Source of the DNA: Phoronis australis
Lineage: Eukaryota > Animalia > Phoronida
DNA length: 64,000 bases
Assembly: GCA_002633005.1 (NCBI GenBank)
Contig: NMRA01000034.1
Location: forward strand, 266,136 to 330,135
Direction: 5' to 3'
The first letter of the stretch is position 1; each line of letters begins with the position of its first letter. A program made the translations under genes and the position numbers. Shown here in pieces: positions 39,689 through 50,900 of the stretch. A model generated the notes under the pieces. It worked only from the letters and a program-made list of their open reading frames with translations, was not told the DNA's origin and searched no databases.

Positions 39689-42600
39689 CTGCAACGAGGC
39701 AATGAGGTATGCTACAAAATTAACATAGAAAGCGAGGCAAGAAACATACATTTGAGCTCAAATTCGTAAAGTTTCGGCTTCCACGTCATACAGCTTCAGA
39801 ATGGTCGTGGCATTTCATGCATGTCAGTAGAAATCGGTGGCTCAAGCTATCGTTTCACACAAGTAGCCACAATTTTCAGCCATGAAATGGCGAGCCCGTC
39901 GACCCAACTTTGAGGTCGTATGGAGCAATATAGCAAACCATGTGTTCTTCTCAAGACTACAAGAAAAATCACGTTTAATCCAAGAAGGGAAGATGTTTTA
40001 AACAGTACACGTTCTAAATTAATGGTATCTTTCGACAGAAAACTGATGTAAACTTTGAGTATGCCAAGAGATTGGAATAGAGGTCATCAGTTTATTTTTT
40101 TCAGCCTTGCTACGAAACGTGACCAAAATATACTTCAACATCAGGTATCAGTGTCACATCTTAGTTTATGCAGGCTTTCTTCCTCTGAAACACCACGGCG
40201 TTTCGATAACAGTGTTTTTTATTAGTGAACATAATGCTAATTCTCACAAGTTGTATTTCTTTTCCCGCGTACTACAATTCTTGTCTCAGAAGCTCTTTTT
40301 CCTTATAAACCACAGCTTGTTCACCCTGGGGGATGTTCAGCTAAGACAGTGAGTAGAGTTGATATTAGAAATAATTGAGATGTTCTCCATAGCCAAGGGA
40401 AGTCTTTTTACGGGCCTTTCCAAGAATGAAGTTGAGGAATATTTGTGTGGTGTAAGTACCGTGGGTTTTGGAAGGTTGATTCTAGACTTGTGCTAAGGCA
40501 TACAGTAAAAAAAAATGCATATTTCTCAAATAGTGCTCGCGTAAGCCCCATAAGTTTGAACTTGGGACCGTCGTGGTCGCAGTCTAACGCTAAGATGATG
40601 GATAAGTGGTAGGCACATTTAAGCGTATTTTAACTGATAAAGCCATCGGCCTCGATTTCAGCAATTGTACGGCAGACAACGGCAAGATTTGCATTAAATG
40701 TTCTGGTCAATGTTTATTAACTCTTCGAAGCCATCCAACAATAGCCACAAAAATGTGTTTTTCGGCCGTAAAACCAAATAATGTTCCTTTAAAACAGGAA
40801 CCAGTTCCCGTTTGCATAAAACAGACCCAAATAGGGACTTAACTAGGTTACCTAAATCTACTGCGTATTTGTGGGCTTGTGAGAACCCCCAGTGATCTTT
40901 CTTATGCTGTTTGAGTCTCATTCCTAAGTCAATTTTTGGCCTTGATACAAATCGAGAGTGAATTCTAAGTTAGATTCTCAATATTATTGGAAATAAGTAG
41001 GGATCTTTTCATACAACGCCCCTCAAATTTAAGGACTGCGTCCCTAATTATAATAACTCAATTAAGGGCTCAGTTGTATTTTTGGAAAATGTCATTAGAC
41101 AAAGAGGAGCCCATAAAAAGATAAAATGATAGAAAAATATAATTAATGTGTGAGTGCAAAACGAAAACAATACAAAGATTTAGGGAAGTTAGTTGAGTCT
41201 CCATTTGGGACTGTTTTATACAACCGGGCACAGATACCTAGACACATTAGCAAGTGCATTTTTAGAAAATGAACCTTTTTAATGAGTTACTGTTTTTCAA
41301 TGATTTATAGATAATGACGCAGCATATATATTTACTAGTAGTCCTACAGTTTTGAATTGACACAACATCACCAAGTTAAAGTTGAGACTCAATAGCGGCG
41401 TTCTCATGTATTTCGAAATCCCGGAAATATTTCAGCAAAAAATAACGGGATTAATTCCACAGACAGTTGTGTACCAAGGACACTTGCTGGCTGTCGGAAT
41501 ACCGATATTTGTTGCCGCTCCTATTGGCAGTCATTGGCATTATACTACTCTTAATTGGGTACACAAACCATGAGAGCACCCGAAGTGGGCAAAAAGAACC
41601 GCCTCAGTGAAAGAAAAAATCAGAGTAAACGAGACGAAAGTCTAAAAAAATCCTAAAGAAGTCGGCGCGGATGCACAAGTCGTGGGCCTGAACCTATAGG
41701 CCCCAGTTTTTTAGGTCCGCATATCGAAAACTTCGAGCCCCGCTATATTTTCGGCTGGGTGCGCGCATGCAAACCGATGTAACTCATGAATAAAATTTCC
41801 CAGTATCTGTTCAGGCAAATTTGGTGGAAGTTAGAATACCGGGTAAATCGTGTCCAAAAAATTTCCCATGAAATGTTAGTGGAAAAGTAACGTATTACTT
41901 CCACTAAATTTCACATGGGAAGGGCATCATTCACAAAACCTTCCAACAGCTGTAATAACTCACTTGGCTGCACTCACGAATTCATCCTTGCTCACTTTGC
42001 CATCCCCCGACGTGTCGTACTTTTGCACCATATTCTACGGTAGAATGTTAAAAACAGTATTCACCGTGAGTACTATCAATAATTATGTTGCATCTGTTCT
42101 ACACTCTGGATGACGTCACACACATTCTTAATGACACATAGTATTGCCATGCTCAAACTCTATTTGAATGTACAGCAGGTAAATAATGAATTGGATTTTC
42201 CAAATCAGGTGTTCGTGAATTTTGAGCGGGTATCTTGCCGCGACGGGTTCTTCGGGGTCGAGATTTCCCATGCTTAAAGGAAGAAATTTAGTTTTGACAA
42301 AGCTCTTTGAAAAATCAGAAAAGTGTGCGATTTTTTTTTAGATTGGTAATAAATAATCTGCAACAGTTGTCAAACACGTTGCTGAGTTTTGATACAGTGG
42401 CCTCACATTATTTTTATGCTAATTCAATTCCTTCGAACAAAATGCTCATGCTTATATTATGTGATCAATATATTTCGACATTATAGTTTTCGTGAGACGA
42501 ATTTTTTTACTACAATAATTTTTCATGAAACAGAATTATGGTCGATAATCGACAACTTCTCTACCCTTACCTGTACTTGCTCTTCATTAAAGCCAGCCCT

Positions 42601-42993
42601 TTCAGCAACCGTCCTTATTTCCTCAATCGACAAAAATCCGTTACCGTCTACATCGGCACTGTCGAATGCTTCAGCGGCTTTCTGAAACAAGAACATACAG
42701 CGCAATCTTTAAAAACCCCTGAAGACTGACGCAAAACGAATCAGTTTTGTTTTTAATTTGCCTCAATATGTCGCACTTGTGGTGTTCGTTGATTACTTGT
42801 GGGGCTTGTTCATCGGCCTTATTCAGATGTTTAGTGATGACGTGTCATGGCAATAGATGACGCAATTTGGACCGGAAATAAAAATAGACATGCCGTCACA
42901 TTGGTCCAAAACGTCACATTGACGTTAAAATGACGTCATGCTAAACATTACTATTCCAGTTTGCAGTTGCTTTGGTTATCTTACCTTTGCCAT
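39484..42993 (-). CDS. Calmodulin-like four-EF-hand calcium-binding protein (~131 aa, 4 coding exons)
   Basis: Exons 42985-42993 (MAK), 42571-42681, 41964-42034 and 39484-39688 splice in frame (phases 0, 0, 2). There are four canonical loops: DVDGNGFLSIEE, DTSGDGKVSKDE, DVNGDGTITREE and DTDQSGQISYVE. The sequence is too divergent to be calmodulin itself. Confidence 0.9.
41964..42034 (-). CDS. EF-hand protein exon (EF2)
   Basis: NMVQKYDTSGDGKVSKDEFVSAA(K); gtgagt donor, phase 2. Confidence 0.9.
42571..42681 (-). CDS. EF-hand protein exon (EF1)
   Basis: KAAEAFDSADVDGNGFLSIEEIRTVAERAGFNEEQVQ; ttgtttcag acceptor, gtaagg donor. Confidence 0.9.
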
Positions 42994-43442
42994 GCTACTG
43001 AATGGGACTTAAAGGTTATGCAGGACCATTGAAAAATTCATTTGAAACGTTCATTCCATACTATTCTTTATTCACAATTCTCAGTTTTAAATTGGGCCAT
43101 TTCTTAATGAAGGGATATCGAAAATAGTACAGTGGTAATGGAGACGTGAAAAACGATGTATCAAGAAACCTCTTGGGCCCGTTCCAACAAAACTGACTTA
43201 GCTAAGACAAATCTTAAATTATTATAGTAAATTTTAAAATAAAAATTAGATTTGTCTCAAAACCAATTCAAGAAAGAGACCTTAAAGTTTGACATTAGTG
43301 TATGGCCTAAATTTTGTCTTAAAGGCGAAGGCAACCTTTTTCCATGTCATTTTGAGCTAAAATAAGGTTGGTTGGTTATCCTAGACATATTTTTCACTTA
43401 ATTACAGCTTTTCGTAATTTTATTAATTACTCGTCCGCTTTT

Positions 43443-43480
43443 CCGGAAGTGACGTTTTAGGAGGCAAGCGCTTCCCGCCA
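43443..43480 (+). promoter_or_regulatory. ETS-CRE composite plus E2F-like motif in left TIR (mirrored at 45106-45143 on minus strand)
   Basis: CCGGAAGTGACGT at 43443-43455 and TTCCCGCCA at the inner TIR end. The same motifs are inverted in the right TIR, each upstream of one gene's ATG. Confidence 0.5.
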
Positions 43481-43656
43481 CTTGGTTTTGCGTTGAGCTT
43501 ACTGTGCGAATCTGTTCTATTCTACTTTTGTTTTGTGCTATTTTTCACCAATTGTCGCCACCACTTTCCATCGGCGAGTATTCTGCGGCAAGATAGGTTA
43601 GTAGAGAACTCAACTGCGTTGGATTTAGGGATTGTTTAGTGTGTTGTAAGCTGAAA

Positions 43657-43968
43657 ATGGCTGGAGTCGGTGACCCGTATCACAGTGACAGTAGTGTGAG
43701 TGACGGAGACCTTGTTCACAGCAGTGGTGACGAGGAATTTTTTCACGGACATTCAGTGGGTGGGTACATGTTTGAGCCCGAGTACAACGAGGCAGAGTAC
43801 ACACAGGCACAGGCAGCTGTTGAGAGAAACGAGGCGGCTACTGAAGACAGACGTGGTGACACATCTTGGTGCAAATGCACTGTGTGCGTTGTTATGCCTA
43901 CCTCAATTGAATGCTTGTGCTGTTCCGAGTTCCACATCAATTATCTTTTTGGTCTCTTCCTCCATTAG
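43657..43968 (+). pseudogene. KolX / P2X7-ballast-like Cys-rich protein, C-terminally truncated
   Basis: MAGVGD...GYMFEPEY...RRGDTSWCKCTVCVVMPTSIECLCCSEF matches the WCxCxxCxxMxTxxECxCCxE signature. After ~43933 it reads into antisense transposase sequence and stops. Confidence 0.8.
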
Positions 43969-44998
43969 AGTGTATGTGGTATACTTGGCGGACCGCCCTG
44001 GTGAGTCAGACAAGTTCTCCTTCTCCATGAATTCCGCCACCAACTCGAGATGTTGTGACATGTATGCGTCATTGACAACTGGTATTAAATAGGAATTCTG
44101 AATGTTGTTGAATGTTGTTTTCGAAAAAAAACTTGACTTTTCCAAAGTCCATCATTGTCTTCACCGACTGAAACGTGTTTCCAGTGAAGAGCACACCACT
44201 GGACATGGTTAAGTGGACCTCCGGCATACCACGGACAGAGGAACAACTGTCCCACTTGCCAGAGTGTCCCGTGACACACTCCCACTGGATGGTGACCTGA
44301 GCACCCAAACTGCTTACATTGTGTCGTGTGACTCCCTCGCCACACACCTGGCACCTTCTAAATAGCTCCAACACTTTAGACAAGTCCACAATAAACTTAT
44401 CAAAGTTTGGCTCACCGATCTGTTCACTGGACGACGAACTGTCCTCTTCACTGGGTGTCGAACTGGGCCTGTAATCACTCCCACTACTCAATATCGCTGC
44501 AGGGCTGCTTAGAGGCTCTGGGCTGGAGAAAACAGCACAGGGCGAATCACTACTGGTTCCAGGAATTGCACGCTCTGGGGTACGTTCGGAGGCACGGGTG
44601 ACAGTAGATGAAGTGCCTCCACTGGCTCCAGTCACTGTACTGGCCACAGCTCGCGAGGCTTCTCGCTTCAAAAACGCACTTCTCGGGGGTGGCGACGGGG
44701 CACTGCCGGGAATCAACACAGACGGAATGGCATCCTTCTTCAAGCGTTGTTTCGCGGGGACCTTCATCAGTTCAGCGTACAAATCCCTTTCGTAATCGGA
44801 CGGCAGAAAGTGCTTGCCACACACACGGTAATTCTCCACTGCTTTGTACGTTGCGTGGACGGGTAACGCTGCGTTCTTCACACGAACGAGCCAAGTACGG
44901 CGAAGTGTGTCATCCATCGGAAAGCGATGCAAAGGCACTCCCAAAGCGCGCGTGAGCCGATAATTACTACATCCCGGTACGCAGCAACAGTGTGGCAT
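43930..44998 (-). pseudogene. THAP-domain Kolobok transposase, frameshifted and truncated (309-aa ORF 44069-44998 intact up to the frameshift)
   Basis: THAP: MPHCCCVPGCSN...LHRFP...W...RVCGKHF...LKKDAIPS. Then a Ser-rich linker and a zinc motif CQVC...CVTGH. A +1 frameshift falls in the A8 run at 44124-44131, after which DSPGRSAKYTTYTLM (the first catalytic-D neighbourhood, with the usual GDGR apparently deleted) continues until the break at ~43930. Confidence 0.85.
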
Positions 44999-47900
44999 GT
45001 TGACTGACTAGTAAATGAAAGCGAACGACGACGGAACTTAACACAACCGAGGTAGAACAATGACTGACTCGGCAGCTCTCACAGTCAGACTATGTGAAAA
45101 GAAATTGGCGGGAAGCGCTTGCCTCCTAAAACGTCACTTCCGGAAAAGCGGACGAATAATTAATAAAATTACGAAAAGCTGTAACTAAGTGAAAAATATG
45201 TCTAGGATAACCAACCAACCTTATTTTAGCTCAAAATGACATGGAAAAAGGTTGCCTTCGCCTTTAATTTTGGCTAACTTTCCAAATGTGGTAGTGTCAA
45301 AGTTTGGAACTTAAGACAAATCTTAGACTTAAGTCAAAAATGAACTTAAGTCAGTTTCTTGGAACAGGCCCTTATCTTATTGACTCAGTCTCTGGAGCAT
45401 GCGGACGCATGCATATTTTCTTTTTTGTTGATTATCGATTTTATCCGTTGGTTCCTCCGACGCTGTAAGGTCGTTATCATGTCTACGTCGCGTAAAGCGT
45501 AGGGAACAACCGGGGAACTTGAATCTAGCGATAAGTAACGCCATCAGGCGTCATAGTCGTCAGATGAATAGGTGTCAGAACGGGTGTCAAAATGTTGTTC
45601 CGTTGCCGACAGTAAAATGGTAAAATGGCCGTTCCGTTACCGACAGTTATGACTCCGCATTTGTTTCATGCGCACTCGTTAGAGTCTATATGTTCCGTCC
45701 AGGTAGATTCGGATAATGAATACGTACTAATTAAGAAATCCTCTTGTTCTATCGACTCACACACCATTACTGCATGTAACAGTAAAGAACGGCAATCGCG
45801 ACTGACTTTCATGACCATGAATCACACAGTATTAAGGTTGTGCAAGACCTAGCTTATTGACAAGTACATTGAGGCAAATATCTACAAAATTATAGACTTT
45901 AACTAGGCAAAAGTATTTAATTCTAAAAGCACTGAGAAAGCTCCGTAGAATTTGATTGTTGTCTTTATACCAATCTGCCATTAATAAGTTCAAGTGACCA
46001 TTTTTAGCAACAGGCCCATAACCCCGCAACCCCCCCCCTAAATCTGCCGATGCTTTGAGAAAACTTGCGTGGTCTCTCTTGAGTGGTCTCTCTTGCGTGG
46101 AGTCTCTCTTGCTCCACGATACCTGAACGCAGACCGTTAGTGCGTTTAATAACGGTCACTCTGTTAGATAAAACTATTGCGTCCTGCTGAAAGGAGGCGG
46201 TTACGTAACCTCTGTTACTCTACTCCTTCTTTACGAATGTCTTGGAAAGGCACTTACAAAATGTGTAGGCTTTGTGCGCAAATACTGTTATCGCATATTG
46301 GCATTGCTATTGTTTGCAAATTATTTGGTTTTCGTTATAGAAATCGCCATTACTGAAATAAGTCACGATCCTTTTTTCCCAACGTTACGTGTTTGCCCGC
46401 TAAAATAGGACGGGAACCTTCTGATAACAGTTATCAGGCGCATGTTTCAAAATGAGTGAGGTGCAGACCCCAGTCAACTATGATGTTAATTGTTTTTATC
46501 GACTTTACTTCGGTCTTTTCACAATGCCTTTGCCAAGTTGCATGAAACAGTCACAAATAGGGACTCAACTAAGTATTCCCTATATCTATTGCGTACTTGT
46601 ATCTTTCTTTACTCACAGAAGTAATCTTTTTCTGCCATTTCATCTACATTATGAGTTCCTCTTTGGCTTATATAATTTTTTAATATTATAATTAAAAACT
46701 GAGCCCTGAGTTCAGTGAAAATGTATAGGGACTTCGTTCATAATTTAGGTGCGTTGCATGAAAAATCTGGTCTGAAAATCACGTGTGAACTATCGTCAGA
46801 CTTCAAAACTCAGAGACAGCAGATTTACAATCTCACCGTGAGAACTCTGCATTCCAATCACGTGCTCTGTTCGTCCATAGTGATTGCAAGTGATTCACCA
46901 GAATAATGTTGTAGAAGACGTAACTTTAGTCGGGCAAAAGCATAAACAACTTTGGAATTCATCCCTTCTACCGTGCTAAGAGTCGTGAAATTCGCACGTT
47001 GTAAAAGCCTCAGTAATCATTCATCGGAAACAAGAGCACAAGAGGCCTACACTAACGTACATTGCATTATTTTGCGACCATTACCCAACTGACAGAAAAA
47101 TGATGATTGATCCAAAACCTCGGTAGCACAAGATAATAGTAACAGTACGTTAGGCATACCGTAACATTCAGCATATAAGACCTTGGCCTTATATTTTATT
47201 TGTTAAATTTTCCCCCCGAGGAAACACATTATCTGACGAAAATATCATGTTTGAACTTCACAACAGATTCTTGTCAGACATATGGTGAGCCTCGATATCG
47301 TCCGCCTACAAGTCAGACGGTAGATCTGTCTTCATACGATAAGGTTACGTCCCAATGATACTTTTTGTGGTTAGGCTCTCTTATCGCATAGGATGGCACG
47401 AGATTGGCCAGACCAGCTATTCTGCTAATGGACCGTTCAACATGTCAGTTAAACCAATTCCAGCCAGACAGGCCGCGAGAACATGTGAACACAAAACAGT
47501 CCGCCATCATTGTCCCACAAACATTAGTTGTGAACGAAAGTGTGCAGTTGGAGCACTTGTAATTAAGTTTACAGATACAGAGAACGAAAAGAACTGGAGG
47601 CTTCGTGACGGAATACACGCTTGGATGAACTTAAAGCTACTGTATTATCGAATATCTATCAAACGCAAAACGATAGAAATTCACCTTTGCCACACGCTCG
47701 ATTCACTGACATCAGGTTTCATTTTCTTTTGTAGTTGGTGTGATTAAAGCGGAACTTTGTGGATTGGAAACGTGACTTTCGGAAACGTCAAGCAAGACTA
47801 AAACACCAATTTTCAGCTGCAGTCGAAGTGTTTAAAAATATTTTGTTCAATAACTTCATATTTTACCGGAGCATCTGTAGTCTAAAGTGTGATCACCGAC

Positions 47901-50900
47901 CATAAGAGTACATGCCAACCAACAAATACATCTTAAGTGTCTGTTTGAATCCACCAAGATACCAAATGAATGAAGGTTGACATGTCAATGGGCTGACGTA
48001 ATCTATATTATGTGAATGGACTCACAGGCCTGGGATAGTTGATATACCGCTGCATGTTTGGTCACTTCCCTGGACCCAATTTGAAATATGCACCTCAATA
48101 CGGCAACAGTTTCACAGCAATATTATCACGAATGCATTGTAGACAAACTGTAGCTCTAGCAGGCTTACAAAGGACTTCGCTTCTCGCTTGTGGGACTTAA
48201 CAGCAGCATATATGGTAGGCGTGGTCTAACTGCGTAAGACGGACGATACTAAAGGACGCTTTTGTTAGTTCGTTTTCAGGTTTTGATCTGCCTCCTCATC
48301 AGGCCCCATCTGCCGCCTATTAAAATTTTCGAACCTGAGTCAAATTGTGGTAAACGTTATTAAGGTAAACACTTATTTAAAGTAAGTGTTTTGGTTACGG
48401 TAATGTTTCGTCACACTGACTTGTAGAAGGCATTAGTTACTCGTTTAAGTCTCGCGCACTCGCCATCGACGGTCGTGTTGTGTTGCTCTGGTAAACAAAC
48501 TGGATGGTTTGTGAGACATTCAGCAATTCTGAATCATCGTTGCGATATTCCAAAACGCGCATCTTAGCTGGTGCTAAAAGGAATTTGATTGATAATTACA
48601 AGAAACGCTGAAAAAGGTCGACACCACTGCATAAACAGACACAAAGAATCAATATGTCAGTGATTATACAGTATGCCATTACAGGCCTACCGAGCCGATT
48701 ATGGCAAAATTTTGGACTGATTTTGGTTCGTAACACGAATTGTCTGTTTCTGGGGGAGGTAAATCACACAGCCACTGCAGGCGACTCTCAATAAATATTG
48801 CGTGATTCTGAAATATTCTTTTGTGTGTCCTACTATGATATTAAAATCTCTCCAGTAAGCCAAGCTTCGCTCCACTAAACTCGCACCTTCTTTTAAAAAT
48901 CTATTTTTGAGTGAGATCACGCATTATTATAAAAATGGACTAGCAATGATTTCTGGGCTGAAGAAGAAATCACAATTCGATATCTGTGTTTTAGTAGTGA
49001 CATAGTTCTCCATATTTTCAGGAGTTAGGCCGCGTCCTTGTAAGACTTTAAGTCTCAACCGTGTTCCTCACTCATCAGATTAGATGTGATCTGAGCCTAG
49101 GGAGAACTGGCAAATCATTGCAGAGTAAGACCGTGCTCAACGCATAACTAGTAAAACGACCAGCCAGGCCAAGCTCATTTATAGAACTTTGCTAGTCTCA
49201 ATCAAAACAAGCGAATATAAAGGTGTCTAATTAAAAATTGACAAATGGCGGGCACATAATAGCTTTGTACTTTTCACGCATTGCCCTCATCGGTTCCAGC
49301 ATAGTCTATGGTTCCAGGGAGCTGGTCATTCAGGATAGAAGCTAAAACATGCATCCCATCTAATTCTATCTCATCTAGACCTGAGCACTAATCACATGCA
49401 CACGATTTTATATGGACTCGATCAATAGTAAACTAATTTAAACATATTAAAATTGCTTCTGCTATATGCCAGATCTCATTAGGCTATGGCAACAAATGTT
49501 GATAAGAACAGGAATTACGATACGTGCAAAATGCACGGAGAGGTGGTAAATGTACATTAACATATACGTGAATTAATGTGCACATTTGTTTAGGCGGAGA
49601 TACAGGCGAACTCTTTAGTTCAAATAAACAAAAGTACCTCTTCGCGTCTACTTACTATCTTTTTGACGGGGATGCAGCTGGCAAATTAAGAATATCCATC
49701 CGTTTAGAGAGTAGACTCGAAAAAGGGACTCGCTTGTTGGGAGCTTCCAAGAAAATGTCACGCGCCTCATTTACGTAGGATTGTGTTCTATAAACACGGC
49801 TCTTCCGTGGAGTTTATTCCGTGTAAACTTTCGTAGATGATGCACTGTTGAAATCCTAAGCCATTGAACCACACTTACAGTAAAAACGCTAAGAAGAGAT
49901 GCCATGTTTCTGTCAAAATCGAGTGAGTAAAGATGCCAAAGTGTAAATAATAATAAAAAGCCTCAAGTAGATTTGCTTAGTTAGAAAAAGGGAACCTATT
50001 GTAGACTTTCGAACTCCCAACGTGGACCATTTTCATGGAATTGTGTCCGAAAGGGCACCCTTTCGTATAGGGAAATCGGTAGCGAAAATTTCACCCATTT
50101 GAGCGACAAGTCCCGCATTAGCTCTTTTATTGGAGTAATCCCCGGGAGTAGTAAAATGGCCGCTTTTGTAGAGTTGCTAACTCCCTTTGGAAGGAAATCC
50201 TGTCGAAAAGGTACCCTTTCGTGAGGAATTTTGTCAGAACAGAAAAGACAGCCTTTTGCAAGGAAAGTAGGCTTGAAGACACCTCGAGTTTTTGAGCGAC
50301 ACGCACCCGGCCGTCAAGCTGTTCTATGGGAATATCCCCCCGCAATAGGAAAAGGGACATTTTGTTTCTAACTCCCAAAGTGAACCTATTTGTAGAGCAT
50401 TTTATCGGAGAAGAAACGTACTCTTAAGTAAGAATACTGGTTGTGAAAAAGACTCTTTTGAACGACACGTCCGGGAGTAACCCCCCGGCATTTGTCCTCT
50501 AAACCAACAATACTGTATCTATAACATTGTTGAAACTACCTCGAAAAATGTCATATTTCAATTGAGACAATCGGAGTACAACACCAGACAAAATCATGTC
50601 CCCACACGTTTGTATTTTAGCTCACAAAATTTCAACATAAATTAAGTTGGAGAGTTTTTAATTCATGGCAGGCCGACTCGATTGTGTATCCAAAGTTTTT
50701 TTTTCGTGTGACCTCTAGTAGTTTACAGTGCCTTGAGTGACTCATAGGTTTGAAAATTACCCACATGGTAGTAATGAGTTCCATGAAATGCAGTAGTCGT
50801 TTCGTGACCCAGCCCTGCAATTAGGGCGTGTCGACGAAGGCCCCGTGTCCGTAGGCCTTCAAAATCTACAGTGTAGCTACTTCAATACCATGAATACCTT

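Larger units (their letters stand above)
43323..45263 (-). mobile_element. Kolobok-type DNA transposon, internally deleted, young
   Basis: 158-bp TIRs (43323-43480 and 45106-45263, two mismatches), AG...CT (RR/YY) termini, TTAA TSDs at 43319-43322 and 45264-45267. It holds two convergent genes, a THAP-transposase and a Cys-rich KolX-like gene. Confidence 0.9.
43175..45371. mobile_element. ~250-bp GGGCC-ended MITE (PIF/Harbinger-like) split by the Kolobok insertion
   Basis: Left end GGGCCCGTTCCAACAAAACTGACTTA versus reverse complement of right end GGGCCTGTTCCAAGAAACTGACTTA. Shared internal TAAGACAAATCTTA repeats lie on both sides of the Kolobok. TSD is ambiguous. Confidence 0.7.

Noticed and set aside
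48270-48310. CTGATGA...GAAA on minus strand as a possible hammerhead
   Set aside because: Stem II and the flanking helices do not pair convincingly.
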